Shown: piece after piece, positions 49,279 to 58,400 of the stretch
Position numbering within the stretch: the first letter of the stretch is position 1
Layout of the letters: each line of letters begins with the position of its first letter
Origin: Planctomycetota bacterium
GTDB lineage: Bacteria > Planctomycetota > GCA-002687715 > CAIWVZ01
DNA: 64,000 nucleotides
Direction of reading: 5' to 3'
NCBI GenBank assembly: GCA_044222185.1
Contig: JBGANV010000003.1
Coordinates: 288,001 to 352,000 of the forward strand
Position numbers and translations under genes: made by a program
Notes under the pieces: model-generated
What the model saw: the letters and a program-made list of their open reading frames with translations, nothing else
Database searches by the model: none
Told to the model about the DNA's origin: nothing

Positions 49279-49856
49279 GTGGCGCGCTCGGGCATCAACC
49301 GCGAAGCGAGCCACGCGCGCGCGATGGCCCAGTCGTCCGCGACCGTCGACCGAGCGACCTCGAGGACCTCGGCGACTTCGTCCACCGTCATGCCTGCGAA
49401 GACACGGAGCTCCACCACGCGCGCGCGGCGCTCGTCGATCGCGGCGAACTGCCTCAGGAGTTCGTCGAGCTCCAGCACGTCGAAAGGCTCGTGGCCGATC
49501 TCCGGGTCACTCGTCGTGATCCCGCGACGGGGCTTGACGCTCCCCCGCTTCAGCGCGCCGCGGCGGCGCGCCGAGTCCACGAGGATGCGCCGCATGGCGA
49601 CGGCAGCCGCCGCCATGAAGTGCGCCTTGCCCTTCCACGCCTGACCCGACGGGGCAAGCCTCAACCAGGCTTCGTGCACGAGGGCCGTCGGCTGGAGCGT
49701 ATGCCAGGCGCGTTCCCGCATGAGATAGCGCGCCGCCAGGTCCCGCAGGTCCTGGTAGACCTCGTTCACCAGCGCCGCGCCGTGGGGAGCCGGGCTCGCG
49801 CACGCCTCCGGGCCGATTCTCACGGTCGTGAGATGTTTGATGCTGTGGGGCTGCAT
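49275..49856 (-). CDS. ECF sigma factor, kinase-associated (TIGR02999-like)
   Basis: 'YQDLRDLA', 'HTLQPTALVHEAWLRL', 'AMRRILVD.ARRR...KRG', 'VELRVFAGMT..EVA', 'DW..ARAWL'; start uncertain. Confidence 0.88.
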   Translation of the reverse strand: MQPHSIKHLTTVRIGPEACASPAPHGAALVNEVYQDLRDLAARYLMRERAWHTLQPTALVHEAWLRLAPSGQAWKGKAHFMAAAAVAMRRILVDSARRRGALKRGSVKPRRGITTSDPEIGHEPFDVLELDELLRQFAAIDERRARVVELRVFAGMTVDEVAEVLEVARSTVADDWAIARAWLASRLMPERAT

Positions 49857-50163
49857 GGTGGCGCCGAGGCGGACTTGCACCTTGGATGCACGAGCCGGCC
49901 GGGGGGTTACAGGTCGCCGCCGCATTCCGGCGGGGCCGGATCCGGGAATGACGATGCCGCCCCAAGCCGCGGGGCGGCCCGGTTGGACCGCGGCCGATTG
50001 CGGCACCCCACCGTCGGAGTCGCTACCGGCGGGTAACCCCCGTCGGCGGATCGGCGCGGGTGGACTCGGCCTCGTCGACGCGAGTCCGCGTCTGAACCCG
50101 CAGGGCTGGGCAAATGGCTCGCGGATTGCTTTCCCGGCGGCCGGCACACGGAAGGGATCCATC

Positions 50164-52737
50164 ATGTCGCACCGGTCGGTCTTGATCTGTCTCGCTCAGC
50201 TCGTCGCCCTCGCACTCCCCGCTCGATCCCAGGGGCCGCTGTTTCGCGCCCTCGAGCTCCCGATCCCGCCGGATGCGGGCAGCGTGGTCGCCACCGCCGA
50301 CTTCGACGGCGACGGCGACGTGGACATCATCACGGAGGGCGTGCCGCCGAGCCTGTTCCGGAACGATGGATCGGGACGATTCACTCGGGGCCCGACGTTC
50401 GCGGGCACGCCGTTCTCCGCGAACCTCAACTCCGTGGTCGCCACCGGCGACTTCACGGGAGACGGACGACCGGACGTGATGTTCGTCGGCAATCCGCCGG
50501 CGTCGTTGATCCTCACCGTTGCGGTCAACGGCGTCATGACGACCATCACCCCGACGACCCCGGCTACACCGCCACCGGGCGGGACGCTCGGAGCCTTCCC
50601 CACCGAGGCGACGGCCGCGGACGTCGACGGCGATGGAGACCAGGACCTGGCCGTCGCGTTCGCTGTGTCGCAGGTCAACCATCACACCGGTCCGGCCCAG
50701 GTGCGCCTATGGATCAACGTCGGCGGCAACGTCTTCGTCGACGCGACGGCGACGAACATGCCCGCGCTGGTCCTCACGAACTCGCTGGGGCTGTTCACGC
50801 TCGCCGACGTCGACCTGGACGGCGACGCGGACCTCGTCGCCTCCGATACCTATCCGGGCTTCGTCTTCTCGACGCGCGTGGCCCGAAACAACGGCTCGGG
50901 CGTCTTCACGTTGGCTCCCGCGATTCCCGGCGCAGCCCCGGGTTCCCAGGCTGGTGCCATGGCGATGACGGACCTGGACGGCGACGGCCTGCCCGACCTC
51001 ATCGGAGTCGCGGCGACCGGCTCGAGCCAGGAGGCGATCTGGAGGAACCTCGGGAACGCGACCTTCGCGGCCCCGCTCGTGACGCCGATCGCGTCCCCCC
51101 CGATCGCCTACTCCGCGGGAGACCTGGACGGCCTCCCGGGAAGCGAGGTGCTGAGATTCCGCGTCGGCACGACGGAGGTCGCGAGGTTCGTCCCCGGGTC
51201 GGGACTCGCGGCCCCGACCCAGTCGTTCCCCATGGGCATCAGTGCATACTCCCGAGTGACGGGCCTCCGGGATCTCGATGGCGACAACGACCCCGACGCG
51301 TTGGTTCGCGGCACCACCGGGTTCCGCGTCCTCTTCGACACGGCGGGCGGCGTTCTCGTGCCGACGCCCACTCCGCGGGCCGGCACGGCCGGGTACGCAG
51401 GTCTGCAGCTCGGCGACGTCAACGCCGACGGTCGCATGGACGTCCTCGCGCTGGAACTCGGAGCGACGGGCTACCGCCTCGCCGTCGAGCTGAACGACGG
51501 CACCGGTGCGTTCGCCGCGGGTGCGGCGGCGACGACGCCTTTCGGGCTCGGCACGTTCGGCGCCGGGCAGGTGGCGTTCCACGTCTTCGATGCGGACGGC
51601 GACGGAGACGCGGATGCCTTCGTGGCGCCGGGCCTCTACTCTGCCGGCACGGGTGCGACCTCGACCGGGCTCCTTCTCCGGAACATCGCCGGCACGTTCA
51701 CGGCTGCGGGAACGGTCGTCCTCCCGCCCGCGTGTCGCGCGGTCGCGAGTGGCGACCTCGACGGGGATGGCGACCTGGACCTCGTCGTCGGCGCCACGAG
51801 CCCGCCCGCGAGCGGCGGGGGAACCGGCCCGAGTTACGTGGTGTTCAATCTCGGCGGCGGCGCGTTGTCCGCGGCCGTCGCGCTCCCCGCATCGCACTTC
51901 ACGTCCGCGATCTCGGTCTTCGACGCTGACGGCGACGGAGACCTCGACATCGTGGAGGCGAACGGTGGCGGATTCCTCCCACCGACCGACGCGTCCGCAC
52001 TGTTCCTCAACAACGGCGCCGGGGTGTTCACCGCGAGTGCGAACCTTCCCGCCATTCCCGCGATCACGACCCTCGCCGCCGACATCGATGGCGACGGCGA
52101 TCGCGACCTGATCCTCGACGGCGTGATCCTCAGCAACGACGGCGCCGGGGTCTTCACGCAAGTGGCCCAGCTCCCGACGCCCTTGCTGGGCTACTTCGGG
52201 TCCACGGTCGCCGCGTTCGACGTCGATCTCGACGGTGACCTCGACATCGTCGAGTCGGGCGGATCGCTGTACGTGAACGCCGGGCTGGGAGCCTTCGCGA
52301 CTCCGGTCCCCGCGGCCAACGGGCAGTTCGGCATCGACGCGCGCGCGGTCGCCGACCTCGACGGGGACGGCGACCTCGACATCGCCGGCCCGGAGATCTA
52401 CTTCAACACGACCCGCCAACTCGCCCGAGGCGCGCTCGCTCGGCCGGGACGGGTGGCGTCTCTCGACGTACACGGCCCCGCGGGCGCCGCCTGGTTGTTG
52501 TTCGCCTCCCTGGGTCCGGCGTCCGTCGCCGCTCCACCCTATGGGACGATCCTCATCGATCCGGCGACGACCGTTCTCGTGACGTCGGGCATCTTCTCGC
52601 CGTCGGGTACGGCCACGTTCAGCGCGCTGGCGCCTGCCGGTCCCGGCGCCGTCGGCGTGAGCCTCACATGGCAGGCGTTCATCGTGGGACCGAACCGGCT
52701 CACGGGACGCAAGGTGACGACGGTGACGGCGTACTGA
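50164..52737 (+). CDS. Secreted FG-GAP/VCBS repeat protein with C-terminal module
   Basis: Signal peptide; more than 10 DxDGDGDxD repeats; ~100-aa terminal domain. Confidence 0.88.
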   Translation: MSHRSVLICLAQLVALALPARSQGPLFRALELPIPPDAGSVVATADFDGDGDVDIITEGVPPSLFRNDGSGRFTRGPTFAGTPFSANLNSVVATGDFTGDGRPDVMFVGNPPASLILTVAVNGVMTTITPTTPATPPPGGTLGAFPTEATAADVDGDGDQDLAVAFAVSQVNHHTGPAQVRLWINVGGNVFVDATATNMPALVLTNSLGLFTLADVDLDGDADLVASDTYPGFVFSTRVARNNGSGVFTLAPAIPGAAPGSQAGAMAMTDLDGDGLPDLIGVAATGSSQEAIWRNLGNATFAAPLVTPIASPPIAYSAGDLDGLPGSEVLRFRVGTTEVARFVPGSGLAAPTQSFPMGISAYSRVTGLRDLDGDNDPDALVRGTTGFRVLFDTAGGVLVPTPTPRAGTAGYAGLQLGDVNADGRMDVLALELGATGYRLAVELNDGTGAFAAGAAATTPFGLGTFGAGQVAFHVFDADGDGDADAFVAPGLYSAGTGATSTGLLLRNIAGTFTAAGTVVLPPACRAVASGDLDGDGDLDLVVGATSPPASGGGTGPSYVVFNLGGGALSAAVALPASHFTSAISVFDADGDGDLDIVEANGGGFLPPTDASALFLNNGAGVFTASANLPAIPAITTLAADIDGDGDRDLILDGVILSNDGAGVFTQVAQLPTPLLGYFGSTVAAFDVDLDGDLDIVESGGSLYVNAGLGAFATPVPAANGQFGIDARAVADLDGDGDLDIAGPEIYFNTTRQLARGALARPGRVASLDVHGPAGAAWLLFASLGPASVAAPPYGTILIDPATTVLVTSGIFSPSGTATFSALAPAGPGAVGVSLTWQAFIVGPNRLTGRKVTTVTAY

Positions 52738-52749
52738 CGGCGAGCGCGG

Positions 52750-55749
52750 TCACTTCATCTCGAGCCGTCGCGGTTTCGCTTCCCGCGACGGACCGTCGAC
52801 CGTGATGACGTCGGTCGCACCGAGGCCCGAATCCGTCTTCGCCTCCAGCGTGAAGCGCCCCTTCGGGAGCGAGAGGCCGTAGAGCTGAATGCGGCCCCGA
52901 TCGAGCGCAGGTCGCGTGAGGCGACCGACCTCCCACACGACGGCACCCGACTCGTCGCGCGCCACACACGTCACCACCGTCCACTTCGTGTCCGACTCCG
53001 GAAGCACGAGGTACGCATCGACCTCGAAAGCCGCCTCGCTGTGGATCTCCACGCGCCGGGTTTCACCGGCGACGAGTTGGATGTCCTGCGCGCGAATGAA
53101 GCGGGATCCCGGTGCTGCGCCGAGCCTCCACGTGCCGGGCGCCAGGTCCGCGCTCCGGAAGATGGATCCGTCGCGTTCGAAGCTCACGGTTCCGTGTCCG
53201 TCGCGATTCAGCCACGGGCGGAAGTCCTCGGGGGCGACGCCGCCGACGAGCACGACCTCGATCCGACCGGGCTTCTCGATGGACAGCGTTCCCGCATCGA
53301 CGGTCGCACCTGCAGGAACCTCGATGACCGGACTCGTCAGGAGGGTCATGCCGCCGCGGATGACCTGCAGCGTGTAACGACCGGCCGAGACGTCGCCGTG
53401 GTCGAAGGCTCCCGTGGCCTCCTCCATGTCGACGAAGAGTCCCTGGTTGCCGCCCACGGGGCGGATCGTGAGCTGCACGTCTTTCGGCGGCCGCCCGGCT
53501 TCGTCGACGACGCGACCTCGGACGCGGCCGTCGGCGAGCGCGGTGTCGGTGACGACCAGCACGAGGTCGCGTGTTCGCGGCCGCAGGCTCTTTCGCTCGG
53601 CGCGCGGGGGGATCGGCACGGAGCGCGGCGCCGCGACCGTCACGTTGTAGCGGTACTGCTCGTCGAGGTTCGCGAGGACGAACCCGCCGTCCTCGCGAGT
53701 CTCCGCCTGGCGCGGGTAGGTCATGCCATAGGGATCGGGGTCGGCGTAGACCTTCCAGCCACGCAACGGGTGCCCGTCCTTGTCCTGCACTCGCCCTTCG
53801 ATCGTCGCACCCGGGTCGAGCTTCAGCGTGACTTCCGTCGTGCGACCTGCGGCGCATTCGGCCTTCACGGTCGCGCGGCCGAGATCGGGGCGCTTTCCGA
53901 CGCGGCCGTTGAGCTCGCGGAGGCCTGGCGGGACCCAGCGAAGCGTGAAGCCTCCGTCGGCATCGGTCACCGCACGTGGCGCCGGGAACGCGTCGAAGTG
54001 CCAGCCTCCCTGATGCTCCACGGATTCGACGACGTTCGCGCCTGGCACCGCCGCGCCCGAGGCATCGACGACGCGCCCCACGATCGTCGCCGGCGTCTCC
54101 AGGGCGATCTCCATCGTCGCCGTCTCGCCTTCCTTCACGGCGACCGAGCCACTCCAGTTGGGCCAGCCGCGCGCCGTGACGGAGACCGGCTGGTCGCCCG
54201 GCGGCAGCGCACCCGGGTAGGTGAACCGACCGTCGGCATCGGTGATCACGGCGACCGGTTGTGGCGCCGTGCCCCGCACGCCGCTCGGCAGATCGATGAT
54301 GTGCCCGCCGCGTGGTCCGACCTTCACCTGGGCCCCGGCGACGGGCGCGCCAGCGGGATCGACGACGCGCCCCGCGACGGCGCCGCCTGGAGGCCCGAGC
54401 GTCAGGGTCACCGTCCGGACGCCCGCTGTATCGACGGGCATCTCGCCCACCTGGAACAGGGTCGACGGCTGGAACCCCGCGGCCCGTGCGCCGATCGAGC
54501 GGCGCGCGTTCACGTCCCGGATGAAGAATGAGCCATCGGCACCGGTCCGGCCTCGGATCGGGCTGACGTCCGCGACGAGCGTGTCGGAGACGAAGATCGA
54601 CGCGTCGGCGACGGGTCGGCCATCGGAGTCGACGACCTTCCCCGCGACGCCCTCCGCCTTCGGCAGCGTCAGTTCGACGGTGCGGGTTTCGCCCGCCTTC
54701 ACGTCCGCTTCGAAGCGCGGGCCACGGTCCGAATCGATGCTCACCGCACCGGCGAACAACGTGTCGAAGTGAGCCTCGCCGGCGTCATCCGTCCGGGCGT
54801 GGAAGCGCTCGTCTCGGGGTGCCGGGTCGCCCACACACTGAACCACGAGCGCGATCGCGCCGGCAGCACTCCCGTCCGACCACTTCAACTTCACGGTCAA
54901 CGCCCCCGTCGCGGGCTGGGTGTCGGCACGCGACTCCGCGGCGTCGCCCGGGTGGAACGGCTTCGGCACGACGGCGTTGCCCCCAGTCGACGGCGATGCG
55001 CGCTCCGCGGTGGGCGTCGGAACCGCATGGGGAGCGGAGGGAGTGGCCACGGGAGCGGGCGTGAGCAAGCCGCGCCACCAGACGAGGGCACCGACCGCCA
55101 GCACGACGAGGACAGCGACGACCTGTTTCATGACGAGTGCTCCTCCCACCAACCCGGCGCCCGATGCCGCACCCGACGCGCTTGCGACGCTGACCGCTGC
55201 ATCCCGACCGAGGGCGAGCGGGAGCAGCGACGCGAACCACGCCTCTCGACGGCCGCCGAAGCCCGCATCCAGCGCGACGCGCAGCCGCGCAAGTCCACGG
55301 GCGAGACGGGTCTTCACCGTCTTCACGGGAACGCCGCACCTCACCGCGATCTCCGTGGGCTCGAGTCCCTCCCAGTGACGCAGGTAGATGACGCTCCGGT
55401 AGGGCTCGGGAAGCGCGAGGACGCACGCGACGAGTCGCTGGCCCACCTCCATCTGCTCGACCCCGCCGTCCTGGGGAGCCACACCTTCGGGACGAGATGT
55501 CGTCCGCTCACGCGCGACGCGACGTCCCGACGCACGGCGTCCATCGCTGGCCAGGCGCCGCATCACGGTCGCGAACCAGCCCCGCACGGCGCCGGCAACG
55601 CGCGGCGGCCTCACCAGGTACCGGGCACAGGCATCCTGAAGCAGGTCGTCGGCGTCGTGCTCGCTCCCCACCAGGTGCCGCGCGAGGCTGCGCAACGACA
55701 CGAGGTGCCGCGAGAGTTCCACGAAGGTCGGGGCGTCGGAGCTGGACAT
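52750..55749 (-). CDS. ECF sigma factor fused via TM helix to carboxypeptidase-regulatory-like repeats
   Basis: sigma2 'DADDLLQD', sigma4 'LPEPYRSVIYLRH..GL...EIA...TVKTRLARG'; TM; repeated 'GRVVD..G.PV.GA.V...TD.DG.F'. Confidence 0.88.
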   Translation of the reverse strand: MSSSDAPTFVELSRHLVSLRSLARHLVGSEHDADDLLQDACARYLVRPPRVAGAVRGWFATVMRRLASDGRRASGRRVARERTTSRPEGVAPQDGGVEQMEVGQRLVACVLALPEPYRSVIYLRHWEGLEPTEIAVRCGVPVKTVKTRLARGLARLRVALDAGFGGRREAWFASLLPLALGRDAAVSVASASGAASGAGLVGGALVMKQVVAVLVVLAVGALVWWRGLLTPAPVATPSAPHAVPTPTAERASPSTGGNAVVPKPFHPGDAAESRADTQPATGALTVKLKWSDGSAAGAIALVVQCVGDPAPRDERFHARTDDAGEAHFDTLFAGAVSIDSDRGPRFEADVKAGETRTVELTLPKAEGVAGKVVDSDGRPVADASIFVSDTLVADVSPIRGRTGADGSFFIRDVNARRSIGARAAGFQPSTLFQVGEMPVDTAGVRTVTLTLGPPGGAVAGRVVDPAGAPVAGAQVKVGPRGGHIIDLPSGVRGTAPQPVAVITDADGRFTYPGALPPGDQPVSVTARGWPNWSGSVAVKEGETATMEIALETPATIVGRVVDASGAAVPGANVVESVEHQGGWHFDAFPAPRAVTDADGGFTLRWVPPGLRELNGRVGKRPDLGRATVKAECAAGRTTEVTLKLDPGATIEGRVQDKDGHPLRGWKVYADPDPYGMTYPRQAETREDGGFVLANLDEQYRYNVTVAAPRSVPIPPRAERKSLRPRTRDLVLVVTDTALADGRVRGRVVDEAGRPPKDVQLTIRPVGGNQGLFVDMEEATGAFDHGDVSAGRYTLQVIRGGMTLLTSPVIEVPAGATVDAGTLSIEKPGRIEVVLVGGVAPEDFRPWLNRDGHGTVSFERDGSIFRSADLAPGTWRLGAAPGSRFIRAQDIQLVAGETRRVEIHSEAAFEVDAYLVLPESDTKWTVVTCVARDESGAVVWEVGRLTRPALDRGRIQLYGLSLPKGRFTLEAKTDSGLGATDVITVDGPSREAKPRRLEMK

Positions 55750-55873
55750 GATCCGTCGGAGGAGCTTGGCCCTCCGCAGCAGAAGACGCCGCCGGTGGCC
55801 GTGCGACCTCATTCTGCCTGGGAAAACCCTCGCGGGAGCTGGACGCCCCGAAACCCGAGGCCGTTGGGGATGC

Positions 55874-57028
55874 ATGACCCTCGCAGCCTGCACCCGATCG
55901 CGTGCCCCCATCCGTCTCGCGATCCTCACCCTGTCGGTCGCTTTCGCCTGCGGTTCGCACGCCCAGTCACCGAAGCCCGCACCGAAACCGGGCATGGGAA
56001 AGTCCGTCGCCCAAGGCGTCATCGAGGGCGACGTGGGGCGCGCGCTGGACGCATCCGTCATGCGTTTCGACTCGGATGCCGGCGGGTTCTGTGGCACGGT
56101 GCTCGTCGCCGCCGGAGGCAAGGTCCTCCTCGAGAAGGGATATGGGATGGCCGACGCGGCCGCGAAGAAGGCCATGCCGTCGGATGCGCTGTTCGACTGG
56201 GCCTCGGTGACCAAGCAGTTCACGGCCGCCGCCGTGCTCCGCCTCCAGGACAAGAAGAAGCTGAAGCTGGACGACACGCTGGCCAGGCACTGGAAGGACG
56301 CCCCGAAGAACAAAGCGGGGGTCACGCTCCGCCAGCTCCTCAATCACACCTCGGGGATCGAAGCGGGGTTCAAGAAGGAGTGGTCCTTCGACGCGCGGAG
56401 TCGGGAGTCGTTCGAGAAGCTCGCGATCGGACTCCCCATGACGTCGAAGCCGGGCGAGGCATTCGAGTACTCGAACTCGGGTTACGCACTGGCCGCCGCC
56501 ATCGTCGAGCGTGTGAGCGGAAAGACCTGGGAGGAGTTCCTCGTCGACGACCTCTTCAAACCGGCGGGCATGAAGGACGCCTGCTGCATCGGCTGGAAGA
56601 CGCTCGATCGCGCGCGTGTACCGAAGATCGACCGTGGGATGGGCTTCACCGATCGCCCCGCGGACTTCTCCTTCGCCTACGGGAACGAGCTGACCTGGGG
56701 CTACCGGGGATGTGGCGGCGTCGTCGCGACGGCCCACGACATGTTCCTGTGGGATCGCGCGCTTCGCGGCGAGAAGATCCTGTCGAAGGCCGCAAGAGAG
56801 GAGTACTACCGCGTGGGCCTGAAGGACTACGCGCTCGGCTGGGAGGTACGGAAGTCCGACCTCGGCGACCGCGTCGAGCACTCGGGCGGCGTCCTCGGCG
56901 TCGTCACCTACTACCTGCGGCTGCTCGAGAAGGACGTCGTGGTCGCGATCGCGTGCTCGTACTCGCCCAAGGACCACCCGGGAACGTTGGCGGAGGGCCT
57001 GGCGCGCAAGGCGATCGCCGGAGGGTGA
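55874..57028 (+). CDS. Serine hydrolase, beta-lactamase class C-like family
   Basis: SxxK 'ASVTK', 'LLNHTSG', YxN 'FEYSN', 'HSGG'; export signal. Confidence 0.88.
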   Translation: MTLAACTRSRAPIRLAILTLSVAFACGSHAQSPKPAPKPGMGKSVAQGVIEGDVGRALDASVMRFDSDAGGFCGTVLVAAGGKVLLEKGYGMADAAAKKAMPSDALFDWASVTKQFTAAAVLRLQDKKKLKLDDTLARHWKDAPKNKAGVTLRQLLNHTSGIEAGFKKEWSFDARSRESFEKLAIGLPMTSKPGEAFEYSNSGYALAAAIVERVSGKTWEEFLVDDLFKPAGMKDACCIGWKTLDRARVPKIDRGMGFTDRPADFSFAYGNELTWGYRGCGGVVATAHDMFLWDRALRGEKILSKAAREEYYRVGLKDYALGWEVRKSDLGDRVEHSGGVLGVVTYYLRLLEKDVVVAIACSYSPKDHPGTLAEGLARKAIAGG

Positions 57029-57115
57029 GCGCAACACCGCGCGGCACACCCGGCGAAAGAGGGAGCCCGACCGCTCGCAGTCCCGTATGATCCGCGGCAC
57101 GTCGCCGGAGGATCC

Positions 57116-58210
57116 ATGCGTTTCACGTCTTTCGCACTCGCCGCGCTCGTCACGCTGACATCGTCGATCGCCACGGGTCTTGCGGGCGCGCAAGGCGGAA
57201 CGCTCGTGGTCCTCAACAAGTCCGACGGGACGGCGTCGCTGATCGACCGGGCGTCCGGGCGGGTTCGCGCCACGCTTCCCGTGGGCGAAGGTCCCCACGA
57301 GGTCGCCACCTCACCGGACGGGCGTCGTGCATTCGCGTGCAACTACGGCACGCAGACGGCACCGGGGAACTCCATCACCGTTCTCGATCTGGTTGCCGAC
57401 GAGGTCGAGGCGACGTGGACGTTCGACGGTTGGACGCGGCCGCATGGGATCGCGGTCTCACCCGGCGGCACCCGCGTGTTCGTGACGTCGGAGGCGACGC
57501 AGACGCTGCGCGTCCTCGACGCCGAGAGCGGCAAGGAGATCGCCGCGATGCCGACGAAGGCGCGGCTCTCGCACATGGTGACGCTCGCGCCGGCGCAGGG
57601 TCGCGCGTTCGTAGCCAACATCGGATCCAACACGATCACCGCCGTGGATCTCGAACGTCTCACGCCGATCCAAAACGTCGCCACCGGCGCCGGGCCCGAG
57701 GGGATCGCCGTCACGCCCGACGGTCGTGAGGTCTGGGTCGGCAACCGCACGGGTGACACGATCTCGGTGATCGATGCCCGCACGCTCGCGCCGATCACGA
57801 CGATCGAGGCCAGCGGTTTCCCGATCCGCGTACAGATCTCGCCCGATGGTCGATTCGCTCTCGCGTCGCTTGCGAAAGCTGGAGCCGTCGCCGTCTACTC
57901 GGTGAAGGACAAGAAGGAGCTGCGGCGCATCCCGGTGGGCGGTGAGGCGAAGAACGCCGAGAGCCGCTTCTTCGGCTCGCAGTTCGGGTCGAGCCCCGTG
58001 CCCGTCGGGCTCGTGATCACTCCCGACGGCAAGGAAGCCTTCGTAGCGTGCGGTCAGACGGACCAGATCCTCGCCATCGATCTGGACACATGGTCCGTGT
58101 CCCGCGAGATCCGCGCGGGAAAGGAGCCCGACGGGATGGCGTTCGCGCCGTCGCCCGCGGCCGGTTCCCGTTCCGAGTCTCGCGCCACGAGCCGACCGAC
58201 CGGCCGTTGA
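57116..58210 (+). CDS. Exported YncE/YVTN beta-propeller protein
   Basis: Signal peptide; repeats 'VG.GP...A.SPDG', 'ISVID'; GGAGG RBS. Confidence 0.88.
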   Translation: MRFTSFALAALVTLTSSIATGLAGAQGGTLVVLNKSDGTASLIDRASGRVRATLPVGEGPHEVATSPDGRRAFACNYGTQTAPGNSITVLDLVADEVEATWTFDGWTRPHGIAVSPGGTRVFVTSEATQTLRVLDAESGKEIAAMPTKARLSHMVTLAPAQGRAFVANIGSNTITAVDLERLTPIQNVATGAGPEGIAVTPDGREVWVGNRTGDTISVIDARTLAPITTIEASGFPIRVQISPDGRFALASLAKAGAVAVYSVKDKKELRRIPVGGEAKNAESRFFGSQFGSSPVPVGLVITPDGKEAFVACGQTDQILAIDLDTWSVSREIRAGKEPDGMAFAPSPAAGSRSESRATSRPTGR

Positions 58211-58400
58211 CTCCGATAACCGGCGAGGCCCGAGGGCGTTACGGATCGGAAACGACCGGCGCGATCCACCGCTTGCGTTTCACGTGCGTTCCGCACTCGG
58301 CACAGCCGTTGCGAACACGCGCCCGCATCGCCGGCGTCCCGTCGCGACGCACCACCGTGTGCGTCCTTCGGGTCTCCGGCCGTGTCACGGAGAAAGCGAC

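Noticed and set aside
45988-49644. 1218-aa plus-strand ORF
   Set aside because: Codon-mirror shadow of the Ser/Thr kinase and sigma genes.
55874-57028. Bona fide antibiotic-resistance beta-lactamase
   Set aside because: Motifs fit the broad serine hydrolase family (HSGG rather than KTG); resistance cannot be inferred.
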